Positions 23,169 to 30,793 are shown, numbered from the stretch's first letter. The stretch: DNA of 34,003 nt from an uncultured Candidatus Peribacteria bacterium (GCA_964636635.1 CAZWVP010000001.1:1-34003); one strand, 5' to 3'. Made by a program: numbers and translations. Notes: a model not told the origin generated them from the sequence alone.

Positions 23169-24185
23169 CTATTGGCCCGCCGCTTTCGCTTTGGCTTCAC
23201 GGGCGTCATTCGCCATTTGCTGAGCGCGCAGCTGAATCTGTTCGCTTATTTTCACGATGTTGGCGTCCGAACTCATTTCTTTGGCTTTGGCAGCCAGGTT
23301 CCAGGCGTCGCCGTCCAGACGGATGGTCTCGTCGTAATTCTTTTCACGACCGGCGGCCAAGGCGCGAACCAAGGCACGGTAGGACTCGGCAATTTTCACC
23401 ACCGCTTTCACCAAGGCCGCATCGGGGGCCGTGGCCAGTGCGCCGCGGGCCGCGAGCAAACCGCGAGCGGAGGCATACTCGGCTTGTACGAAGTTCTCCA
23501 GAAGCGTTTGGTCGGTGATGATGATTTCACTTTCCACTTCGTTCAGCAGTGCCTGGGAGCGACGTCCTTCCTTGAACGTGAGCAGGCGGAACAAGAGCAG
23601 GGAAGTCGCCTGACGATCGAGTGTGCGCGACACGCCAAGTGTGCCGTCGGTGCCGATCATGGTCATGGAGGTGGCGATGCCGAGACGCATGTACGGGTAG
23701 TACCAAGCGTTGGGATCATTCACGTCATCGGAAAGCGGCAGACGAATTTCGCCGTATGAATTTTCATCCATCGCCTGCGCCTCGAGCATCATTTTCATGG
23801 CTTCGGCTTTGGTGACTGTCGCAGCGGGCTTGAACGAACCGTCCGGGTAACCGCCCAACCAACCCTGCGCTTTGGCGTAGCAAACGTACGCGGCGAACCA
23901 TTCTTTCTGCACGTCTGGGAAGCAGCCGTTGAATTCTTCGGCGGAGGGCGTGGCGTTGCGGCTGGTGACCAAAAGCTTCGCCAGTTCCGCGCGGTTCACG
24001 GGGTTGCTCGGCTTGAACGTCCCGTCCGGATAGCCGTTCACGATGCCTTTTGCGCTGAGGTATTCAACAGCGTCGTAAGCCGCGCTGCCGTTGGGGAGAT
24101 CGGAAAACGCCGCGAGCGTCGTCGCGGGAAGAGCGAGGCAAGTTATTGCAAAAGCGGCGGATGTGAACGAAGGCCTAAGACGCAT
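23169..24185 (-). CDS. SLH (S-layer homology) domain protein with a helical C-terminal region
   Basis: Signal peptide MRLRPSFTSAAFAITCLALPATTLAA. Two SLH repeats: FSDLP...GIVNGYPDGTFKPSNPVNRAELAKLL and FPDV...GWLGGYPDGSFKPAATVTKAEAMKMM. Confidence 0.85.
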   Translation of the reverse strand: MRLRPSFTSAAFAITCLALPATTLAAFSDLPNGSAAYDAVEYLSAKGIVNGYPDGTFKPSNPVNRAELAKLLVTSRNATPSAEEFNGCFPDVQKEWFAAYVCYAKAQGWLGGYPDGSFKPAATVTKAEAMKMMLEAQAMDENSYGEIRLPLSDDVNDPNAWYYPYMRLGIATSMTMIGTDGTLGVSRTLDRQATSLLLFRLLTFKEGRRSQALLNEVESEIIITDQTLLENFVQAEYASARGLLAARGALATAPDAALVKAVVKIAESYRALVRALAAGREKNYDETIRLDGDAWNLAAKAKEMSSDANIVKISEQIQLRAQQMANDAREAKAKAAGQ

Positions 24186-24192
24186 GCCGCCT

Positions 24193-24222
24193 ACTCTACC
24201 ACTGCTCCAACGGAAGAGACAA
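24193..24222 (-). promoter_or_regulatory. Promoter TTGTCT-18-(TGg)TAGAGT, with ATG 7 nt downstream (SLH gene)
   Basis: Minus-strand reading: TTGTCTcttccgttggagcagTGgTAGAGTaggcggcATG. Confidence 0.55.
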
Positions 24223-24241
24223 TTCTCACATTGCCTCACAC

Positions 24242-24270
24242 TTGTAGACAAACTCGATTTTTGGTATACT
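24242..24270 (+). promoter_or_regulatory. Promoter TTGTAG-17-(TGg)TATACT, with ATG 10 nt downstream
   Basis: cTTGTAGacaaactcgattttTGgTATACTgcttggatttATG. Confidence 0.6.
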
Positions 24271-24280
24271 GCTTGGATTT

Positions 24281-25150
24281 ATGCACACACAAACACACAC
24301 ACAATTTTTTCGCATCGCTCGGACAGTTGTTTGGGCTGTTTTCGCCTTGGCGTTGCCGACCATAAGTTTGGCTGCGGAAAGCCCTTCTTTTCGTTTGTAC
24401 GATGAGTTTCCGAACTACGGTGACAACATTGGAAAATCGTCGGGGAGTTTTACCATGAACAGCGACGGTACGACTTGGTTCGCCGAGGCTACGCGCAGTG
24501 CAAGTTTTATTCTTCAGCCAAGCAACACGATTCGTGCGACCGGCGGCAGTACCGGTGGTACCGGCGGTGCAGGTTCCACGGGTTCTTCCGGAGGCGGCGG
24601 TTCGGGTACGGGTGACGATTCGAACGCGGGAACGGGAGGCGGCGGACGCCGCCCTCCTGTTGTCGTTGCCGAGCCCACGCAGCCCGAAAAGCCGTCGAAT
24701 ACGGGTGGCGACATTCCGAAAGATCCCGTGATCAATTTGCCCGAGGTTTCCCCTCCCGCCGCGCCGGTTGATACGACGAAGTCATTCGAACCTGCAATCA
24801 TCGATACGCGACATGCCGCAGCGCCCGATGAGCATGAGCGTAGTTTCAACGTGGTGGGACTGCCGGTACGATCGCCCGGCGTCTCCGTCGAACCTGCCGC
24901 TTGTCCTCCGGAGACCATGCACGGCGCGGCGTTCGACCACGTGCAGTCTTGCACTTGCACCTCAGCGACTTCCTGCTGCACGCGCATTGTTTCCTACCTC
25001 GGCTACGTGAAGTGGGTGATACTCATTCTGCTTTTGGTTTGTGCGGACTTGCTGGCTATTGTTATTCTGCTTATCGGTAAGGTTCGTTTGCTGGAGGAAC
25101 GTGTGCTCACCAAGCCCGCTCGTCGGCCTCGTAACCGCAAGAAGGCGTAG
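24281..25150 (+). CDS. Hypothetical cell-surface protein: signal peptide, small N-terminal domain, Gly-rich and Pro-rich linkers, C-terminal TM anchor with a basic tail
   Basis: Signal peptide ...ALALPTISLAAE. Three SxSFxL units (SPSFRL, SGSFTM, SASFIL). GGSTGGTGGAGSTGSSGGGGSGTG tract. C-terminal WVILILLLVCADLLAIVILLIG followed by RRPRNRKKA. Confidence 0.75.
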   Translation: MHTQTHTQFFRIARTVVWAVFALALPTISLAAESPSFRLYDEFPNYGDNIGKSSGSFTMNSDGTTWFAEATRSASFILQPSNTIRATGGSTGGTGGAGSTGSSGGGGSGTGDDSNAGTGGGGRRPPVVVAEPTQPEKPSNTGGDIPKDPVINLPEVSPPAAPVDTTKSFEPAIIDTRHAAAPDEHERSFNVVGLPVRSPGVSVEPAACPPETMHGAAFDHVQSCTCTSATSCCTRIVSYLGYVKWVILILLLVCADLLAIVILLIGKVRLLEERVLTKPARRPRNRKKA

Positions 25151-25158
25151 TTTCCCAC

Positions 25159-26721
25159 ATGCGCACGCGTGCACTCTTTCTCATCGGCTGTGTTACTGCC
25201 CTGCTTACCGCCGTGGCCCCGCAAGCGCACGCCATCACTTCGGTGCCGCAGAAAATCGTGTACAACGGGCACCTGCTCGATTCCTCCGGCAATCCCATTA
25301 CCACCGCACACAGCGTGCGTTTCAGTTTTTGGAGCAGCGCCGATTACCTTTCCACCGACACGACGGTTGCCGGTGCCATTGAAACTTCCGCTCCCAACTA
25401 CCAAGGCTGGAACGAAGTGCACACCGTCACGCCCAACGCCGACGGCTTTTTTACAGTGAACCTGGGTTCGGTGACGCCGTTGCCGGGCATGGACAGCTTT
25501 TCCGTGGCCGGCTTGCTCTCGTTTTACATTCAAGTGGAAATCAAAGCTCAAGCTTCCCCCGATACGAGTTACGAACAGATGGACGTGAGTCCGAGCGATG
25601 CCACGAACGATCGCTCGCCGGTTTCCTCCGTGCCCTTCTCACTCAACTCCGACTTTCTCGACCAGCGTGAAATAGGTACGGGTAGCGGCAACATCGCTTT
25701 GCTGACGACGGGCGGCGTGTACGGACCTTCCGTCATTCCCGGCGGGACGAACATCGATCGTTTCGCAATCGACTTCGATGACACCGCCACGGGCGTCATC
25801 GAATTGGCTTTTGGCCAAACGTTGAACAAAGTTCTTTCGTACGATGTCGCCGGAGGATTTTTCTCTTTCAACGATGACGTGAGAGTTACCGGCAGCCTGA
25901 CCGTGAGCGGACTCATAAACGGCGTGGATATTTCTTCGCTCTCGGGCGCAAGCGATACCAAACTGCGCGTCTTCAGCGGCGCAGGGCTCACCGTGAACAT
26001 TATGGAAGGAGGCTACCGACTGGCGGGCGTCACCACGTATTACGCCGGCGCCGCCGGAGTGGCGCTCACGGACAACGCCACGAACTCGTTGTACTTGGAC
26101 GGTACGGGATTGGTGGTTTCCACAACCGGTTTTCCCACGAACAAAAGTCTCATACCGCTTGCATCCGTCGTGACGTCCGGCGGGAACGTGTTCACCGTCA
26201 GTGATCGTCGTGTGTTCCAGTCCGATGACCGCGAGCACCTGAAGACCGTGGTTTTCCAGCCCGAGTACGACGGCGCCGCTTTCCATGACGACGGCAGTGG
26301 CAACGTGGGGCAACTGCGCATCGATTACGATGCGGTGAGTCGCAAGAACACGTACGTGTGGAACAGTACTCGCAGTACGCTCAACGATTATCAAATCATG
26401 GTCCCGTACCGCATTCCCGAAGGGTTCGTGCAGTTCGGTACGCCCGCACTTACCTTGTTGTACAAAACCGGCACGGCATTGGCCGCGGACAATGCCATCG
26501 ACGTCGTTGTTACGGACACCGCGGGCGCTTCGGTGACCCTGGTCGGTTCCAGTACGAACTTGGTGAACACCTCTTGGACGCAGACAACGTTGAACTTCGG
26601 AGGTAGTCCTACATTCACGGTCGGCCAGGACATGCTGGTGACCATCGTTCTCACCTCCAAAGTCGGCGGTTCGGCGCAGGTCGGCACGTTGGAGCTCAAG
26701 CACAAAGCCCTGCAGCCGTAA
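25159..26721 (+). CDS. Secreted tail-fibre-like surface protein (520 aa), paralog A
   Basis: Signal peptide ...VAPQAHA. N-terminal module IVYNGHLLDSSGNPITTAHSVRFSFW...FFTVNLGSVTPL. Its C-terminal domain is shared with the 26822 gene. The start lies 8 nt after the upstream stop. Confidence 0.8.
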   Translation: MRTRALFLIGCVTALLTAVAPQAHAITSVPQKIVYNGHLLDSSGNPITTAHSVRFSFWSSADYLSTDTTVAGAIETSAPNYQGWNEVHTVTPNADGFFTVNLGSVTPLPGMDSFSVAGLLSFYIQVEIKAQASPDTSYEQMDVSPSDATNDRSPVSSVPFSLNSDFLDQREIGTGSGNIALLTTGGVYGPSVIPGGTNIDRFAIDFDDTATGVIELAFGQTLNKVLSYDVAGGFFSFNDDVRVTGSLTVSGLINGVDISSLSGASDTKLRVFSGAGLTVNIMEGGYRLAGVTTYYAGAAGVALTDNATNSLYLDGTGLVVSTTGFPTNKSLIPLASVVTSGGNVFTVSDRRVFQSDDREHLKTVVFQPEYDGAAFHDDGSGNVGQLRIDYDAVSRKNTYVWNSTRSTLNDYQIMVPYRIPEGFVQFGTPALTLLYKTGTALAADNAIDVVVTDTAGASVTLVGSSTNLVNTSWTQTTLNFGGSPTFTVGQDMLVTIVLTSKVGGSAQVGTLELKHKALQP

Positions 26722-26722
26722 C

Positions 26723-26751
26723 TTGAAAAAAATTTCACATTCTGATATACT
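26723..26751 (+). promoter_or_regulatory. Strong promoter TTGAAA-17-(TGa)TATACT
   Basis: acTTGAAAaaaatttcacattcTGaTATACTg, directly after the paralog A stop codon. Confidence 0.65.
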
Positions 26752-26757
26752 GTTATG

Positions 26758-26780
26758 ATTTCTCCCTAAAAAAGAGAAAT
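26758..26780 (+). promoter_or_regulatory. Hairpin at the 5' end of the predicted transcript: ATTTCTC-N9-GAGAAAT
   Basis: Perfect 7-bp inverted repeat starting about 7 nt after the -10 box. Confidence 0.4.
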
Positions 26781-26821
26781 TCCTCACTCGTTTACACACA
26801 CATCCTTTCCCCATATATACC

Positions 26822-28264
26822 ATGTGTAATTCTATTTCCTCCCCTCGCTGGAAACAGCGCGTGGCCCGCGGCCTTCTGGGCATGACGGTGCTCGCGTCGT
26901 TGCCACTCTCGGCTCTGGCGAGCTCGTGGAGCCCCACGCTTCTCGTGAACAACGAGGCGTTTGAAACCATCTCCGACGGAGACGGTTCCAGTCCTATTTT
27001 CCTCCAGTTCGGCGACAGCGCCGCGGAGAAGATCATCTGGGACGTTTCCAGCGGACAGTTCATCTTCACCGATGACGTTGCCGTGCAAGGCAACATTACC
27101 GCGAGCGGTTCGCTTTCCATTAACGCGGACGACACCGGTGACGCCACCATGACCTTCGTCGGTCCCGGCGTCGACAACACGATTACGTTCAGCGACGTGC
27201 AGAACGTGTTCAAGTTCTCCTCCGGCGCGACCTTCGCGGGTGTGCTCTCGGGTGCTTCACTTCGTGCCGAGAACATTAAAAGTTGTTCCACGCTTACCAC
27301 GGACTCTCAGGGTCGTGTGACGTGTAACGGTACGACGTACATGAACGTTTCCGATGCCGATGCTCGTTACGTTCGTACCAGCGGCGGCACCATGACGGGT
27401 GCGCTGCGCATCAACAACGCCGGCGGTTTGGCTACCACGGGTACCATCACGTCCAGCGGCGGTTTGACCATCAACGACCAAGGTGCGGGCAGTGCCACGC
27501 TTACCTTCGGCGGACCGGTGGTGCAGACCATCACGTACAACTCCACCGCTCGCGGTTTCGAGTTCTCGTCCGGTGCGTACTTGAACGGTAACTTGCGCGT
27601 GACGGGCTCCATGTCCGGTCGTTCGTTGGCTCTTTCCACGGGCAACGTGACCATCAACGGCGTGGCGTACAGCTTCACGAACACGCAAGGTGCCGCCAAT
27701 ACGGTTCTGAAGAACAACGGTGCCGGTTCCCTTACTTGGGTAACGGCAGCCAGCTTGCTCGGCAGCACGTCCGGTTCCATGCTTGCGTTGAGTCCCGAGT
27801 ACTCCGACGCGGTGTATGAAGGCGACGGTTCCAACAACGTGGGTACGCTTGCCACGAAGAACGACGGTACGAGCAACTTGAACTACTACCGCTGGACCAC
27901 CACGCGCGCCACGCTCCAGGACTACGACATTTACACGCGCGTTCGCGTTCCTCTGAACTTCACGGGTTGGCGCACGGGTAGCGGTCTGCAGCTCATGTAC
28001 CGCACGACCGACACTACGCCCACGAACAACGGCGTGCGCATCCGCGTGTTGGATACGGCGGGCGTCGCCTCCTACGACTCCGGTGCCACGAACTTGGTGA
28101 GTGCATCTTCCACCTTCGTCACTCGCGGCGTGAGTGCCGCCGCTCTCACGGGCACATTCACTCCGGGAGGCGTGATGACGGTACGCATTACGGTGAGCGC
28201 GCTCACCGCGAAGAATACCGACGTCAGCAACCTCTACCTCAACTGGCAGACGACGACTCCGTAA
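26822..28264 (+). CDS. Secreted tail-fibre-like surface protein (480 aa), paralog B
   Basis: Signal peptide ...LASLPLSALASS. Repeated F.F(S/T)..a..G.l..SG units. YVRTSGGTMTGAL motif. Its C-terminal domain is homologous to paralog A. Double stop TAATAA. Confidence 0.8.
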   Translation: MCNSISSPRWKQRVARGLLGMTVLASLPLSALASSWSPTLLVNNEAFETISDGDGSSPIFLQFGDSAAEKIIWDVSSGQFIFTDDVAVQGNITASGSLSINADDTGDATMTFVGPGVDNTITFSDVQNVFKFSSGATFAGVLSGASLRAENIKSCSTLTTDSQGRVTCNGTTYMNVSDADARYVRTSGGTMTGALRINNAGGLATTGTITSSGGLTINDQGAGSATLTFGGPVVQTITYNSTARGFEFSSGAYLNGNLRVTGSMSGRSLALSTGNVTINGVAYSFTNTQGAANTVLKNNGAGSLTWVTAASLLGSTSGSMLALSPEYSDAVYEGDGSNNVGTLATKNDGTSNLNYYRWTTTRATLQDYDIYTRVRVPLNFTGWRTGSGLQLMYRTTDTTPTNNGVRIRVLDTAGVASYDSGATNLVSASSTFVTRGVSAAALTGTFTPGGVMTVRITVSALTAKNTDVSNLYLNWQTTTP

Positions 28265-28304
28265 TAACGGTCTAGTCCAACACAGTCTTGGGGAAAGGAC
28301 TGTT

Positions 28305-28341
28305 CCGCCCTCGTACCAACCGGTACGGGGGCGGTTTTTTT
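28305..28341 (+). terminator. Rho-independent terminator
   Basis: CCGCCCTCGTACC-aacc-GGTACGGGGGCGG (13-bp stem with one G-U pair) followed by 7 T. Confidence 0.85.
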
Positions 28342-28393
28342 GTTGGCACACTTTCATCTGGCACCACTCTTGAAACCTTAGTACTCTTCGTTT

Positions 28394-28481
28394 GGAGGGA
28401 TGGCAGAGTGGTCGATCGCGACTGACTTGAAATCAGTTGAACCGTAAGGTTCCGTGGGTTCGAATCCCACTCCCTCCGCCA
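28394..28481 (+). tRNA. tRNA-Ser (anticodon UGA), CCA encoded
   Basis: GGAGGGATGGCAGAGTGGTCGATCGCGACTGACTTGAAATCAGTTGAACCGTAAGGTTCCGTGGGTTCGAATCCCACTCCCTCCGCCA. Anticodon loop CTTGAAA, long variable arm. Confidence 0.93.
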
Positions 28482-28483
28482 GA

Positions 28484-30793
28484 CTACAGTTCGTTTCCTG
28501 TGAGACCTAAACGGTCCCTGAGCTGAGCGTTCGTCGGCAGTTTTTCCTGGTCCACGGCGCGGCTGCGCCAGAACTCTCGCAAGGCCTCCAGATAGCCGTC
28601 TTGTTCGAGGAGCTGCTGCCTGAATGCCGATGACGAATCGCCAAAGCGGCTCTTGCCGCCGTTTTCACGCAAGGCGTACACGGCCGTGACAAAAGCATCT
28701 TCGCCACCGCGGACTTCCGCGCGCACCTCGTCCTGCACCGCGTCCATAAGGCTTTCGGTGTCGAGGCCCGCCAAAAAGAGCAGGTCTTCGGCCGAGCCGG
28801 AAGGGAAGTAGTGGTTCACGCCAAGTCTGCGCAACGAACAGGGGAGGGAGAAGTCGGCGATGACATCGGCCACTTGAGCGGCCAGACCGCTTTCGCTGCT
28901 GTGGTCTTCGGCCACGATGATATGCCCGGTTTCCAAAGCGGCTTTAATGACGGCCGAGCTGTCCAACGGTCGCACGCAGGCGACGTTGAGCACACGCACG
29001 CGAATTTTCTGTTCGCCCGCAAGCAGTGCATCGGCCGCGGCGATGGCGCTCGGTACCAACAGTCCCGTGGCGATGATGGTGATTTGATCCGACGTGTCGC
29101 CTTGTCCGCGAACCAAATCCGCTTTGCCGTCGAACACGTAGTCCGTGCCGTACACGGGCGTGCCGTCGGGCGAGAGGGTGGGGAGGGTGCCGCTTCGCGG
29201 AAAGAACGTGAACACGCTTTGGTGTCCTTCGGCTATCACTTCCATGGCTTTTTCCGCCATGGCCGCGGCTTGGTTGGCATCGGCCGTGCACCACACTTGG
29301 GTGTGGTCGAACGGAATGTTCAGGTAGTGGCGTTCCTGATGCGTTTCGCCGTCTTCACCCACGCTCAAACCCGCATGCGTGCAGTCGTGCAGCACGCCGC
29401 AACGCGTGTGGCCGCAGTTCACGTCTATGAGACGCGCGTTCGCGCGCGCTTCGTTCGTGCCGAAGGCGGCGAAGGTGTAGGTGACGGGTAGTAAGCCCGT
29501 TTGGCGCATGCCAGCGGCCATCATGGCCATATTCGCTTCGGCTACACCTACGTTGACGACTCGGTTTGGAAACTCCTTTTCCACTTTATCAAAACCACCG
29601 GAACCGGCGAGGTCTGCATGCAAGACGACGATGCGCTCGTCTCCCGCCATCAAATTCTTCAAGTGTACAGCGCCGAAATCTTGTCGGGCCGCGGCTTTCT
29701 CGGACGTGATTTTTCGCGCGTAGGCCGACGGCAGTTTCCAGGAGAGGGGAATATCGGTGACGGTGCGCTGCTGCTGCCTGGCTTTTTCTTTGGCGCGGTA
29801 TGGCTCGTATGCGGCGATAAGGTCAGCCAAGGGCGGCAGGCCCGCTCTGGCTTTCTCCGCGTCTTCAGGGGAGAGAGGGGAGCCGTGGTAGTTTTTCTTG
29901 CCGTTGTTGGTACCTTCTTCCATGAGTGCGATGCCATGGCCCATGGTGGTGTAGTAGCAAATGAACACGGGCTGATGTTTTGCTTGCTTCGCAGCCTCCA
30001 GAGCGGCGCGCACCTGGGCGTAGTCGTTGCCGTTCTGCACTTCTATCACGTACCAGCCGCTGGCGTAGGCGAGTGACGCGAAATCGGCCGCGACCGTTTC
30101 CGTGGGCTTGCCGCTCAGCTGAATGTCGTTGAAGTCGCCGTGCACGACGAGGTTGTCGAGCCGCAGGTGCGCGGCCAAACGAAAGGCTTCCATCACTTGT
30201 CCTTCCTGGCTGTCACCATCGGCCAGCACCACGTCCACGTAGCCGGCTTTCTTCTGATGCTTCAAACCGAAGGCCGCTCCCAAGGCATTGGAAACGCCTT
30301 TGCCGAGCGGTCCGGTGCCGAACGGAATATCGCCGATGCCGGCTTCGATATGCCCGGGTAAACCCGCCGGCGTGCGGAAGGTGTCGATGATGGTCTGCGG
30401 ACTTTGCAGACGAGCGTCTTGGCCTTCGCGGCCAAACAGCCATTGCAATCCGTACCCGAGAACGGACAGGTGCCCGGGGCTCATGCGTAGCGGCTGGTCC
30501 ACGGAAGGGTTGCGCACTTTCTGCACCGCGTAGCTGAACGTGAAGGCCGAAAGAGGTCCGCCCGGATGACCCGACTTGCGCTTAAGCGGGGCTTCTATGG
30601 CCAAGTGGCAGTGAATGTCGCGCGCCAAGGCGTAGGCTTCGGCATCTTCTTGCGAAAGCTTCAACGCTTCTTCGGGGCCTATCCAAAGAGACTCCAAGGG
30701 CTTGGCGTCTTTCAAAATACGCTGGCAGGAAAACGGGACGACGGAAGGGTCTTGACCTGCGAGAGCGGCGGCATTCGGACGGGAACGTGGCAT
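28484..30793 (-). CDS. tkt: Transketolase (single-chain) with extra N- and C-terminal sequence
   Basis: SGHPGGPLS, GPLGKGVSNALG, ADGDSQEG (TPP/metal site), and pyrimidine-binding and C-terminal domains (VGVAEANM, EDGETHQ). Confidence 0.88.
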   Translation of the reverse strand: MPRSRPNAAALAGQDPSVVPFSCQRILKDAKPLESLWIGPEEALKLSQEDAEAYALARDIHCHLAIEAPLKRKSGHPGGPLSAFTFSYAVQKVRNPSVDQPLRMSPGHLSVLGYGLQWLFGREGQDARLQSPQTIIDTFRTPAGLPGHIEAGIGDIPFGTGPLGKGVSNALGAAFGLKHQKKAGYVDVVLADGDSQEGQVMEAFRLAAHLRLDNLVVHGDFNDIQLSGKPTETVAADFASLAYASGWYVIEVQNGNDYAQVRAALEAAKQAKHQPVFICYYTTMGHGIALMEEGTNNGKKNYHGSPLSPEDAEKARAGLPPLADLIAAYEPYRAKEKARQQQRTVTDIPLSWKLPSAYARKITSEKAAARQDFGAVHLKNLMAGDERIVVLHADLAGSGGFDKVEKEFPNRVVNVGVAEANMAMMAAGMRQTGLLPVTYTFAAFGTNEARANARLIDVNCGHTRCGVLHDCTHAGLSVGEDGETHQERHYLNIPFDHTQVWCTADANQAAAMAEKAMEVIAEGHQSVFTFFPRSGTLPTLSPDGTPVYGTDYVFDGKADLVRGQGDTSDQITIIATGLLVPSAIAAADALLAGEQKIRVRVLNVACVRPLDSSAVIKAALETGHIIVAEDHSSESGLAAQVADVIADFSLPCSLRRLGVNHYFPSGSAEDLLFLAGLDTESLMDAVQDEVRAEVRGGEDAFVTAVYALRENGGKSRFGDSSSAFRQQLLEQDGYLEALREFWRSRAVDQEKLPTNAQLRDRLGLTGNEL

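Noticed and set aside
24284-24303. CA dinucleotide tract at the 5' end of gene 24281 as a phase-variation switch
   Set aside because: The runs are short, (CA)3 and (CA)5 interrupted by AAA, and in frame (MHTQTHTQ). That is too short for efficient slipped-strand variation without read-level evidence. It is mentioned only as a side note.
25639-28357. Very long minus-strand ORFs (553 aa at 25639-27300 and 366 aa at 27257-28357). Similar cases are 16690-18207 (505 aa), 16173-17072, 15307-15942, 31999-33270 (423 aa), 20054-20716 and 2367-3521.
   Set aside because: All are antisense to genes with clear signal peptides, domains or family motifs. Their translations are Arg/Gly/His-rich low-complexity sequence, the expected artefact of stop-poor antisense frames at high GC.
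28359-28373. Sigma54-like element TGGCAC-N5-TTGA upstream of tRNA-Ser
   Set aside because: The -12 element is TTGA rather than TTGC. A tRNA gene is an implausible sigma54 target, and there is no enhancer-binding protein or other support. It more likely overlaps fortuitously with the TGGCAC-containing boxes discussed in the findings.
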